A DNA stretch of 64,000 bases, from assembly GCA_021737275.1 (NCBI GenBank), contig JAIPEE010000008.1, positions 24,655 through 88,654 on the forward strand, read 5' to 3'. How positions within the stretch are numbered: position 1 is the stretch's first letter; each line of letters starts with the position of its first letter. A model generated the notes under the pieces. The model did no database searches. It saw only the letters and a program-made list of their open reading frames with translations, and was not told the origin of the DNA. The DNA is from Desulfobacterales bacterium. GTDB taxonomy: Bacteria > Desulfobacterota > Desulfobacteria > Desulfobacterales > JAIPEE01. The translations under genes and the position numbers were made by a program. Shown here piece by piece: positions 52,743-61,816 of the stretch.

Positions 52743-53351
52743 TTACGATATCAGTAAATCCTGTAGCGGTTTTCTTTTCCGGGGTGCAGGTGTCTCTGCC
52801 GGATAACCAACGGGCAGGAGTGCTGTTACATAGATATTATTACCCCACCCAAAGATATCGCTTATCTTTTTTTCATCAAGCAGCCGGACCCAGCATGTTC
52901 CAAGATCAAAATCAAGCGCCCGAAGAACCATATGTTCGATAGCAATAGCAACATTAAAGGAAATTTTGGGCGCCATCTGCTCAACATTAATGGTTTTGAT
53001 GTCATTTGTTCTTTTCTGGAGGATCTTAACGATCCTATCTTCAAGAGCACCGATTTTACCAAGGTCCTGGGTGCCGGAAACAGTGCCATCCAGATAACCC
53101 TGTATATCAGCACAGCAGACAATTACAACAGGTGCTGATTCAATAAATTTCTGTTGATATGCCGCATCAGCAAGCTGTTGTTTTGTTTCAGGATCTCTTA
53201 CAACTTTAAAACGCCATGGTTGTGCATTGCAGCCAGATGGTGCCAGCCGTGCAGCTTCAAGTAGCGCTTCTATATGTTTTTCCGGAATGACATCCGGTTT
53301 GAATTTTCTGATACTTCGTCTTTTTTCAATCGCCTCTTTGGTTGTAAGCAT
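52743..53351 (-). CDS. Nitroreductase family protein
   Basis: RRSIRKF...APSGCNAQPWRF N-terminal signature. Confidence 0.85.
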   Translation of the reverse strand: MLTTKEAIEKRRSIRKFKPDVIPEKHIEALLEAARLAPSGCNAQPWRFKVVRDPETKQQLADAAYQQKFIESAPVVIVCCADIQGYLDGTVSGTQDLGKIGALEDRIVKILQKRTNDIKTINVEQMAPKISFNVAIAIEHMVLRALDFDLGTCWVRLLDEKKISDIFGWGNNIYVTALLPVGYPAETPAPRKRKPLQDLLIS

Positions 53352-53401
53352 TATGAATCCTCTGTGTTATTTAAACTCGAATAAAGCTGTCAGAAAAAAT
53401 A

Positions 53402-54817
53402 TTATACATGCCGGATTGAAGTATGTGTAGAAATTTCAGAATTAGTTGTACAAAGATCTGATATGGAAAAATTATGCATGTTATTATTGCCGGTAAGCCT
53501 TGCAAATTCTTTTAGTTCTTCAGTGGAAACGCTGAGGAAATTTGCTAAACGCGTTGCAGCCTTTTCAATATCAAGACGCTTTCTGAGAGATGGATTCTGG
53601 GTTGTAATACCCATAGGGCATTGACCGGTATGGCAGATGCGATATTGTTTACAGCCAATCGCAATTAATGCAGTGGTGCCGATTGCAACAGCGTCTGCAC
53701 CCATAGCGAGAGCCTTGACAAAATCAGATGAAATTCGAAGCCCGCCGGTGATGATCAGCGAAATATGTTTTATTCCTTTATCATCTAAAAACTTTCGTGC
53801 CCGGTAAAGTGCAAAAATTGAAGGAACAGAGGTGGCTGACTTTATAAATTTTGGAGATGCGCCTGTTGATCCGGCTCGGCCATCCAGTGTAATAAAGTCC
53901 GGATTAGCTGATACGGCAAATTCCATATCGGCTTCTATATGTCCGGCTGCCAATTTGATGCCGATCGGCTTTCCACCGGATGTATTTCTCAACCATTCTA
54001 CTTTTTCAGCGAGATCTTTTTTATTTTGGATATCTTCAAAGTGAGACGGGCTGACAATATCAACGCCTTCAGTCAGTCCTCTTATTGATGCGATGTCGGC
54101 AGTTACCTTGTCACCCGGCAAATGCCCACCCATGCCCGGTTTGCTTGATTGTCCGAATTTTATCTCAATTGCATCCGATTTTTTCAGATTTTCTTCACTT
54201 ACACTGTAGTGATTTGGCACATATTCAAAAATGTATCTGTATGCATGTTCAAATTCATCGGGCAGTATACCGCCTTCGCCCGATCCAATTGCAGTTTTAA
54301 CCGATGCGCTGCCTTTGGCCAGTGCAATTTTTGCCTCTTTTGAAAGGGCACCAAAAGACATATGTGTAACAAAAATCGGGGTTTCTAATATTAGCGGGTG
54401 TGCCGCTTTGGGTCCGATTATGGTTTGTGAAAAAACAGCCTCGTCTTTGTTTAAAGGAAGTTTCGACAGTTGAGCCCCTTTAATGAGAATATCATCCCAT
54501 GAGATTACCGGTTTTATGGTTCGCATCGGTTCAATAATTGATTTTCCGGTTTCAGCAATCATGTTGATATCGTCAAAATATGATTCGACCCGGTTAACAC
54601 CCGGTAGCGTATCCGGAGATATATCCGAAGTAATCTCTGAATCAGCGGCAGGCATATCAATACCTGCAGCATCATACGCCTCATCAACAAGAATGTAATA
54701 TGTTTTGGGCGATTCACAAACAGGGCATACCCAGTCATCAGGGAGTGAATTCCAGTTTATAGCATCTTTTTCTTCATCTATTATATAATCACAAACTGAG
54801 CACTTATAATGAGCCAT
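53402..54817 (-). CDS. Rubredoxin-domain / FMN-binding glutamate-synthase-related (GltB domain 2-like) fusion protein
   Basis: Start moved to ATG 54817 (GAAGGA RBS). N-terminal YKCSVCDY...WVCPVC. TIM-barrel motifs GEGG, KPGMGGHLPG and ITGGLR. Confidence 0.8.
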   Translation of the reverse strand: MAHYKCSVCDYIIDEEKDAINWNSLPDDWVCPVCESPKTYYILVDEAYDAAGIDMPAADSEITSDISPDTLPGVNRVESYFDDINMIAETGKSIIEPMRTIKPVISWDDILIKGAQLSKLPLNKDEAVFSQTIIGPKAAHPLILETPIFVTHMSFGALSKEAKIALAKGSASVKTAIGSGEGGILPDEFEHAYRYIFEYVPNHYSVSEENLKKSDAIEIKFGQSSKPGMGGHLPGDKVTADIASIRGLTEGVDIVSPSHFEDIQNKKDLAEKVEWLRNTSGGKPIGIKLAAGHIEADMEFAVSANPDFITLDGRAGSTGASPKFIKSATSVPSIFALYRARKFLDDKGIKHISLIITGGLRISSDFVKALAMGADAVAIGTTALIAIGCKQYRICHTGQCPMGITTQNPSLRKRLDIEKAATRLANFLSVSTEELKEFARLTGNNNMHNFSISDLCTTNSEISTHTSIRHV

Positions 54818-54893
54818 GTGTAAATCCTTCAACTAAAAATAAAAATCCTGTTATATAAAACAATCAGGTTAAAGAAGATATGGAATATAATCC

Positions 54894-55415
54894 TTAAAAC
54901 TCCATATCTTCCGGCTCATAAAACTCTTTGGGATGCTTACAGCACGGGCATTTTGGCGGTGGCTCAGTGCCATCATATTTATAACCGCAGACACTGCATT
55001 TCCATGTCACGGATGTTTCTCTTTTATAGACTGTTCCGGCTTCCACCATTGCCAGCAGTTTTTTATAACGATTACGATGTTTTGCTTCAATTTTTCCAAT
55101 CTGGGTAAAAAGAATGGCAGCCTCTTTATTGCCTTCTTCTTCAGCCTCTTTGGCAAACTGTGGATACATGCTGGTTGTTTCATGATCTTCTCCGCTAATG
55201 GCTTCTTTCAGATTGGCAATTGTGTCACCAATGCCATTGAGTAGCATAAATTCTTCCTTTGCATGCTGGCATTCATTATCTGCAGTTTCTTCAAAAAGTT
55301 TAGCAATATAGCGATACCCCTCTTTTCTGGCAACGGCTGCAAAATAGGTATACATGTTTCTCGCTTGAGACTCACCGGCAAATGCGGCTTTTAAATTTTC
55401 TTCTGTTTTACTCAT
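54894..55415 (-). CDS. rbr: Rubrerythrin
   Basis: Start moved to ATG 55415 (AAAGGAGA RBS). NLKAAFAGESQARNMY; C-terminal WKCSVCGY...CPCC. Confidence 0.9.
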   Translation of the reverse strand: MSKTEENLKAAFAGESQARNMYTYFAAVARKEGYRYIAKLFEETADNECQHAKEEFMLLNGIGDTIANLKEAISGEDHETTSMYPQFAKEAEEEGNKEAAILFTQIGKIEAKHRNRYKKLLAMVEAGTVYKRETSVTWKCSVCGYKYDGTEPPPKCPCCKHPKEFYEPEDMEF

Positions 55416-55492
55416 GGTGCTTTCTCCTTTCATAGTTTAAGAAATGTTAAAAAAAATGTTAAAAAATATAACTATAAAATAGTTTGAAAATA

Positions 55493-55783
55493 TCAGGAAA
55501 ACTTATGTTTGACTATGCCGAGAAAAACCCGGTAAGGACCCGGCATTCCTGGTGGTATCAATCCAATACGGTCTTTATGGTTTAAAGAAGTTGTGGCTGC
55601 TGATACCTTTCCGTTTATCATAACTGCTTCCACGTCTTCAGGTTCAAGGCCAAGCACGTCTGTGATGAGTTGACGTGCTGTAATATCATCAGGGATTTCA
55701 ATTGATGCATCCGCATATTCAATATTCCGGGCCTTTAGTTTGGGTTGCAAAAATGAAAAGGCATTAAGAAAAATTGTAGTCAT
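55493..55783 (-). CDS. Small MoaD/ThiS-like (beta-grasp) protein without C-terminal GG, coupled to nqrF
   Basis: Starts 3 nt after the nqrF stop codon. ...EIPDDITARQLITDVLGLEPEDVEAVMINGKV....DRIGLIPP pattern resembles ThiS/MoaD, but the protein ends ...GIVKHKFS. Confidence 0.5.
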   Translation of the reverse strand: MTTIFLNAFSFLQPKLKARNIEYADASIEIPDDITARQLITDVLGLEPEDVEAVMINGKVSAATTSLNHKDRIGLIPPGMPGPYRVFLGIVKHKFS

Positions 55784-55786
55784 AAT

Positions 55787-57004
55787 TTAAAACTTGTCGT
55801 AAGCAATCATTTCCGGTTCAACGCCCAGATTGTCAAGCATATCTTCTATAGCGTCAATCATAGGTGGCGGCCCGCAGAGATAATATTCGATCTCCGTGGG
55901 GTCATCATGGGATTCAAGATAGTCTTTTCTGAGGCAGTCATGGATATATCCGGTAAGGCCTGTCCAGTTATCTTCCGGCTGAGGGTCGGAAAGTGCGATA
56001 TGAAAAGAAAAATTACGGTGCTTTTCTTCAAGTGCTCTGAACTCATCATCAAAAAAAATTTCCTGTTTTGACCTGGCACCATACCAGAATGATACTTTAC
56101 GGTCTGTGTTTAAAGTTTCAAGGGCATGAAAAATATGGCTTTTAAGAGGCGCCATACCGGCGCCACCTCCAACATAGCACATCTCCTTTTCAGTCTCTTT
56201 TATATGGAACTCACCATAGGGACCGCTTAGCAAGACACGGTCACCAGGCTTCAGGTTGAAGATAAAGGACGAGCCGACACCCGGTGGAGCCTGATCTTTT
56301 CCTGGTGGTGGTGTGGCAATTCTGACGGTAAATTTTAACAGATCTTTTTCTGCCGGCGGGTTTGCCAGGGAATAGGCTCTATACACATATTCCTTTGACT
56401 TTGATCGAAGCCCCCAGAGGTTAAAGCGGTCCCATGAGGGTTTATAGGATGCGGCAACAATGAAATTACTAAAAGCGGCTTCATATTCCGGTATATCGAT
56501 CTGGACAAATGAGCCGGCCTCAAATTCAAGCTGTTCATCATTATCAAGTTTGATGACAAGTTCTTTGATAAATGTGGCCACATTTTCATTTGATACAACG
56601 GTTGCACCATGTTTTTTTATGCCGAAAATACTTTCAGGAATACGGATGGACATGTCTTCCTTAACTTTGACCTGACAGGCCAGGCGGACATTGTTCTGTT
56701 TTTCCTGCCTGCTCAAATGGGTTAACTCCGTGGGTAGAACATCGCGACCGCCGGCGTCTACCCGGCATTTACATGTTCCGCAGGAGCCCTTGCCGCCACA
56801 CGCCGATGGTATCAGAATACCGTTGTTGATGAGTGCGGAAAGCAGTGTCACGCCGCCGGAAATATTTAAAGACTTATCATCACTGTCGTTGATGATAATT
56901 TTACACTCTCCTTTTTTGACAAGACGAGACTCAACCAGTAGCAGCATGCTGACAAGAATAAAGATTACAGATAGAAAAACAGTTGTGCTGATTAGATAAA
57001 TCAA
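55787..57004 (-). CDS. nqrF: Na+-translocating NADH:quinone oxidoreductase subunit F
   Basis: N-terminal TM helix; 2Fe-2S CGGKGSCGTCKC...C; FAD RAYSLAN; NAD-binding GGGAGMAP. Confidence 0.9.
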   Translation of the reverse strand: MIYLISTTVFLSVIFILVSMLLLVESRLVKKGECKIIINDSDDKSLNISGGVTLLSALINNGILIPSACGGKGSCGTCKCRVDAGGRDVLPTELTHLSRQEKQNNVRLACQVKVKEDMSIRIPESIFGIKKHGATVVSNENVATFIKELVIKLDNDEQLEFEAGSFVQIDIPEYEAAFSNFIVAASYKPSWDRFNLWGLRSKSKEYVYRAYSLANPPAEKDLLKFTVRIATPPPGKDQAPPGVGSSFIFNLKPGDRVLLSGPYGEFHIKETEKEMCYVGGGAGMAPLKSHIFHALETLNTDRKVSFWYGARSKQEIFFDDEFRALEEKHRNFSFHIALSDPQPEDNWTGLTGYIHDCLRKDYLESHDDPTEIEYYLCGPPPMIDAIEDMLDNLGVEPEMIAYDKF

Positions 57005-57032
57005 AGTAAAACCTCTTGAAACAGGTTTTTAA

Positions 57033-57641
57033 TTAAAGTGTAATGCCTGAAAATAGCATAAAAGCCATTGCCATAAGCCCCGTTACAATCATACTTATGC
57101 CGAAACCTTCGAGGCCCCTGGGCACATCAGCATATTTCAGTTTTTTCTTGATCGCTGCCATCGAAACAATTGCAAGCAGCCAGCCGATACCTGAACCAAA
57201 TCCGAAAAATATAGTTTCAATAAACGTATAGCTTCTTTCAACCATGAAAAGAGATGTGCCCAGAACCGCACAATTTACTGCAATAAGCGGCAAAAAAACG
57301 CCCAGAGCGGCGTACAGTGCAGGAGAGTATCGATCAATGGCCATTTCAACAATCTGGACAATGGCGGCAATAACGGCGATAAAGATGATGAACTTCAGGT
57401 AACTCAGATCAGCTTCCGGAAAACCTGCCCATGAAAGAGCGCCCGGTGCCAACAGGAAATTATATATCAACCAGTTGGCCGGTGTGGTGATAGTAAGTAC
57501 AAAAACGACAGCCATACCAAGGCCGGTTGCCGTATCAATATTTTTTGAGATAGCCAGAAATGAACACATCCCCAAAAAGTAGGCCAGGAGAATGTTACTT
57601 ATGAATATAGAATTCAGTGTTATGCTTATCAGATTTTCCAT
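57033..57641 (-). CDS. nqrE: NQR subunit E
   Basis: [12 protein letters not shown] motif; six TM helices. Start set at ATG 57641 (TTG 57653 is also possible). Confidence 0.85.
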   Translation of the reverse strand: MENLISITLNSIFISNILLAYFLGMCSFLAISKNIDTATGLGMAVVFVLTITTPANWLIYNFLLAPGALSWAGFPEADLSYLKFIIFIAVIAAIVQIVEMAIDRYSPALYAALGVFLPLIAVNCAVLGTSLFMVERSYTFIETIFFGFGSGIGWLLAIVSMAAIKKKLKYADVPRGLEGFGISMIVTGLMAMAFMLFSGITL

Positions 57642-57653
57642 AATAGATATCAA

Positions 57654-58271
57654 TCACTTGTTCATAATGGTTTGCTGCATCCATGAAAAAAGGCCGATGA
57701 TTATAAACGCTCCGGGTGCCAGAAGCATAAGGCCCATATTCTCATAACCGGCATCATAAAAAGATGACGGGATAACATTATATCCCATAATCGAACCGGA
57801 CCCGAAAAGTTCTCTTAAAAATGCTGCAGAGGTGAGTACAAGTCCGTATCCCATTCCACTACCGATACCGTCAGCAAAGGATTGAATCGGCGGATTGTTA
57901 AGGGCATAGGTTTCTGCCCGGCCCATGACAATGCAGTTAGTAATAATCAGGCCGACAAAAATAGAAAGCTGTTTGCTGATGTCATATAAAAATGCTCTTA
58001 AGACCTGATCTGCAAGAATAACAAGGGTAGAGATGATAACAAGCTCAACGAGTATCCGAATATTTCTGGGGATAATACTTCTCAACAGGGAGACGGTCAG
58101 GTTTGAAAATGCAACGACAAACATCAGGGAGAGGCTCATAATAATAGCCGTTTTCATTTGAACGGTTACAGCCAGGGCCGAACAGATTCCCAGATATTGA
58201 ATTGAAATGGGGTTATTTTTCCAAACCGGTTCCGAAGCTGTGGTTATCAGTTTGTCAGTTGATTCACTCAT
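57654..58271 (-). CDS. nqrD: NQR subunit D
   Basis: WKNNPISIQYLGICSALAVT motif. Confidence 0.9.
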   Translation of the reverse strand: MSESTDKLITTASEPVWKNNPISIQYLGICSALAVTVQMKTAIIMSLSLMFVVAFSNLTVSLLRSIIPRNIRILVELVIISTLVILADQVLRAFLYDISKQLSIFVGLIITNCIVMGRAETYALNNPPIQSFADGIGSGMGYGLVLTSAAFLRELFGSGSIMGYNVIPSSFYDAGYENMGLMLLAPGAFIIIGLFSWMQQTIMNK

Positions 58272-58302
58272 GATATATTTCCGTATTATGACGTAACCAT
58301 AC

Positions 58303-58370
58303 TCTTACTCATAATCATAATCCCGGAAGTTAAAACCCGATTAATATTACGGCTATGATTAAGAGTAAGA
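58303..58370 (-). other. Long hairpin in the 109-bp nqrC-nqrD spacer
   Basis: TCTTACTCATAATCAT / ATGATTAAGAGTAAGA 16-bp arms (one mismatch) around a 36-nt loop. Confidence 0.5.
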
Positions 58371-58380
58371 AGTTGACTGT

Positions 58381-59097
58381 TTATTTTATTTCACTGTAAC
58401 GAATAATATTTTCACCTCTGAACCGGATTGAAACGGGTTCATAATCAGTCAGGACCTCTCTCAGCCCTTCTGTCAGGTATTTACCGGTTAACGAGGCACC
58501 GCTGATGCCATCTACGTAATTTGCCTGCTGAACTTCAGGTATCCGTTTTGAAACTTCTCCTTTAGCGATAGAAATTGATTCAAAGCTGCCGTCTTTACCG
58601 ATAATTTTTTTGCCTACAAAATTTTTCTGGAACCAGGCTTTTTCTATTTCGCCGCCAAGTCCGGGTGTTTCAGCATGCTGATATACGGCAAAACCGGCAA
58701 TGGTGGCGCCATCATTTTGAAGTGCGAGATAGCCCCGGATTTTGCCCCACAATCCACGAGAGTCAATGGGCAGTATATATGAAATGATTTTATCATTTTC
58801 TACACAAAGATATATGGGAATCAATTTGCCTTCTCCTCCGGCATCTTCAACAATGTTTCCATCTTCATCCGTCCAGAGGCTGACTATTCTTTCTTCAAAG
58901 ATTTGTTGAACTTCATCCGACTGATATTTTTTTTCACGATCCAGCATACCGGCTGCCATTAAAATATTTTTCTGCTTATCCAGAAAAACGTTTTTTTGCT
59001 GGAAAGGTTTTAAACCGGTGTATGCCGCTGTCAGGAGAAGACTTGAGACCAGACAGAGGATAATAGCAAACAGCAGTGATTTAATCGAATCAGACAT
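58381..59097 (-). CDS. nqrC: NQR subunit C (FMN-binding)
   Basis: N-terminal TM helix; VDGISGASLTG flavinylation-type motif. Confidence 0.85.
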   Translation of the reverse strand: MSDSIKSLLFAIILCLVSSLLLTAAYTGLKPFQQKNVFLDKQKNILMAAGMLDREKKYQSDEVQQIFEERIVSLWTDEDGNIVEDAGGEGKLIPIYLCVENDKIISYILPIDSRGLWGKIRGYLALQNDGATIAGFAVYQHAETPGLGGEIEKAWFQKNFVGKKIIGKDGSFESISIAKGEVSKRIPEVQQANYVDGISGASLTGKYLTEGLREVLTDYEPVSIRFRGENIIRYSEIK

Positions 59098-60277
59098 TGG
59101 GAATCCTTTTTCCGAGCCTTATCTTTACTTCAATATGATCCAGCAGCGGTGCAAAAAGATTCATAAACAAGACCGCCAGCATGGCACCTTCCGGAAATGC
59201 CGGGTTAAATACACGGATAAGCACCGTTAGTGCGCCAATGGCGAACCCATAAAACCATTTGGATTTGTTCATGTCCGGCGCAGAGACCGGTTCGGTTGCC
59301 ATGAATGCCAGTGCAAAGGCAATACCGCCCATCACCAGATGGTAAGAGGGGTTCAGCGAAAACCAGGGTGTTGATGCTTCTGTTGCGACGATGTTCAACA
59401 AGATGCCGGTTGCAAGCACACCGATAATACCGCCAATTAAAATCCGGTAGCTGATGATGCCAAGAATCAAAAGGAATACCGCACCGATAAGGCTGAACAG
59501 GGCAGATGTGCCGCCAATACTGCCGGGATAATTCCCCACGAACAGTTTCATAAAAGAATAACCGGAACCGGAAAGTGTATCCTGAATTGAGCTGAACCGT
59601 TCCGTTGCGCTTGCAAGCGAAAGGGGTGTTGCCGCTGTTATCGCATCAACAGCAGTTTCTTTTGAAGACGCAACAGCGGTCCAGACGGCATCTCCGGTCA
59701 TCTTTACCGGATATGCAAAAAAGAGAAATGCGCGGCCGGTCAGTGCGGGATTAAGAAAATTTCTTCCTGTGCCGCCGAAAACCTCTTTACCGAAGATTAC
59801 GCCAAAGGAGATACCAATGGCTGCCTGCCATAATGGAATGGTTGGCGGCAGAGTCATTGGGAAAAGCAGGGCCGTAACAAAAAAACCTTCACTTATATTA
59901 TGTCTTCTGATGGCTGCAAAAAGAAGCTCCCAGAAAAAACCGACGGTGTAAGAGACAATAACCAGCGGCATAACTATCCGCAATCCTCTTGTCATCGCAG
60001 ACATAAAATCAGGAGAAAGGCCGGACACAATATTTGACTGATAACCGGTATTATAAAGCCCGAAAAAGAATGCCGGCATAAGAGAAACAATGACTAAAAC
60101 CATAAATCGTTTTACATCCAGACTGTCCCGAACATGCGGCCCGGATGATGTTGTCTCGCCTGTTGCAAGAAATACCGTCTCAAAAGCTTCAAACAAAGCA
60201 TTTAGACGTTCAAGCTTTGCGCCCGGTTCGAAGTATTTTCTCTGGCTGTCAAAAAACCTGTTAAGAAGGTTGGTCAT
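59090..60277 (-). CDS. nqrB: NQR subunit B
   Basis: SGPHVRDSLDVKR motif; multiple TM helices; VDAITAATPL flavinylation-type site. Confidence 0.9.
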   Translation of the reverse strand: MTNLLNRFFDSQRKYFEPGAKLERLNALFEAFETVFLATGETTSSGPHVRDSLDVKRFMVLVIVSLMPAFFFGLYNTGYQSNIVSGLSPDFMSAMTRGLRIVMPLVIVSYTVGFFWELLFAAIRRHNISEGFFVTALLFPMTLPPTIPLWQAAIGISFGVIFGKEVFGGTGRNFLNPALTGRAFLFFAYPVKMTGDAVWTAVASSKETAVDAITAATPLSLASATERFSSIQDTLSGSGYSFMKLFVGNYPGSIGGTSALFSLIGAVFLLILGIISYRILIGGIIGVLATGILLNIVATEASTPWFSLNPSYHLVMGGIAFALAFMATEPVSAPDMNKSKWFYGFAIGALTVLIRVFNPAFPEGAMLAVLFMNLFAPLLDHIEVKIRLGKRIPNV

Positions 60278-61620
60278 CCGCTCATTTCCTTATAATATGA
60301 TCGCTTCGCATTCTGAAGTATGGTGCATATCTCAATTTTTGAAGGACAGACATAAGTACATAATCCACACTCAACACAATCCAGCAGTCCATGGGAGAGA
60401 CTCTCTTCAATTTCGTCCGCCAGCGTACATTTAAATGTCAGGCTGGGAATAATATCAACAGGACAAACTTCCGCACAGGAACCACAGGCAACACAGGCGC
60501 GTTCTTCACCGTTCATATTACAGTTCATATTGAGGTGGGATCTGTTGATGCTTGATAGAAATGTCCTGGAGTAGCTCTGTTTATTGAAACCCGGTTGTAT
60601 AAAACCAAAAAGCTCTCTTTTTCCGCCTTCGGGCAGTATTAAAACGGATGTTTCATAAAAACCAAGAAATGATTTTTTATCAATACTGTATCCGGTCATG
60701 ATACCGCCGGCAACACAGCGTGATTTGATTTTATTATTCTCATTTTGGGTAATATGTGAAACAGGGGCACCAATTCTTGTTTTAACATAACCGGGGTGAG
60801 GCGCCAGTTCTCCACCAACAGCAACAATGCGGCCGGTCGGGTATGCGCCTTCTTTCAGTAATCCGGCAATGAGAAGTACATCCTGAGTATTGATAAACCA
60901 TGAGTTATTTTGTGCAGCAGATGTTTTGGTTTTATAAAGAATAACGCCCGGGTTATCAGCAGGGTAATCTCCTTTTATAATATGAGTTATCCGTCCACTC
61001 TGATCCGGAAGCCGGCTCTTATCTTCAGCATTAGCAGCAATAATAACGTTGTTGTTTGAAAGCTTTTCAAGAACACTAATGCCAAAGGCAAACAGGTCCG
61101 TATTCCCGTCAAGATAGATTTCCGGTGATACCTGGAAAGGCTCACTTGAACCCAGAGAGACGATAATCTGAGGCGGTACCTTGTCCGTCGGTGCAATATC
61201 CTGATAGGGGAGGGCACGCAAAAGCGGCCATAAACCGCCCTTTGAAAGCATTTTTACAAGGTCATTACGATCAATATTCTGTAAACCATCTTTATTGATA
61301 TGCTCAAATGGTACATAACTTTCTTTATTATCCAGTTTAATGACAACTTCCTTGATAACACGTCTGGGGCCAAAGTTAATTTCTGTAATCTGTCCACTAC
61401 CGGGAGATAAAAATTTTAAACGGGTATTTCGTTTGTCTTCAAAAATTTCCGAACCTGTCTCAACATGATCTCCAACCCTGACTTTTAGACGTGGCTTGAT
61501 AAAGGGAATCTTTTCGGGGAGGAGAGCGACATGTGATGGTTTGGGTAATTCCACCAGCTCCTTAGGCGGTTCACCGGTAATTTTAAGCCTGTAACCTTTT
61601 TTTACATTAAGAGAAATCAT
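60274..61620 (-). CDS. nqrA: NQR subunit A, atypical: retains two complete CxxCxxCxxxCP motifs at the C-terminus
   Basis: NqrA-type N-terminus (RLKVRVGDHVETGSEIFEDKRNTRLKFLSPGSGQITEINFGPRRVIKEVVI) and RELFGFIQPGFNKQSYSRTFL. C-terminus is CVACGSCAEVCP...CVECGLCTYVCP. Confidence 0.85.
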   Translation of the reverse strand: MISLNVKKGYRLKITGEPPKELVELPKPSHVALLPEKIPFIKPRLKVRVGDHVETGSEIFEDKRNTRLKFLSPGSGQITEINFGPRRVIKEVVIKLDNKESYVPFEHINKDGLQNIDRNDLVKMLSKGGLWPLLRALPYQDIAPTDKVPPQIIVSLGSSEPFQVSPEIYLDGNTDLFAFGISVLEKLSNNNVIIAANAEDKSRLPDQSGRITHIIKGDYPADNPGVILYKTKTSAAQNNSWFINTQDVLLIAGLLKEGAYPTGRIVAVGGELAPHPGYVKTRIGAPVSHITQNENNKIKSRCVAGGIMTGYSIDKKSFLGFYETSVLILPEGGKRELFGFIQPGFNKQSYSRTFLSSINRSHLNMNCNMNGEERACVACGSCAEVCPVDIIPSLTFKCTLADEIEESLSHGLLDCVECGLCTYVCPSKIEICTILQNAKRSYYKEMSG

Positions 61621-61816
61621 TTAATCACAACAGTAATATCGGTTCAAGGTTTCAACTATATGAAATTAAAGAATAAAAAAACGAATTTGTGGGTTTAAAT
61701 GAAAAAAACAACTTTTTTTGTTTTTAACATTTTTATTTGCTTTAATCAATCTCTATTAAGAAAAATAAGTATAGTTGTCTTTTCAGTTAAAAAAAAAGAT
61801 GTCTTTGTGTATCAAC

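Noticed and set aside
55493-55783. Could the ORF after nqrF be NqrM?
   Set aside because: As I recall, NqrM is a short single-TM protein with conserved cysteines. This ORF has neither a TM helix nor any Cys, so it is reported instead as a distinct beta-grasp-like accessory candidate.
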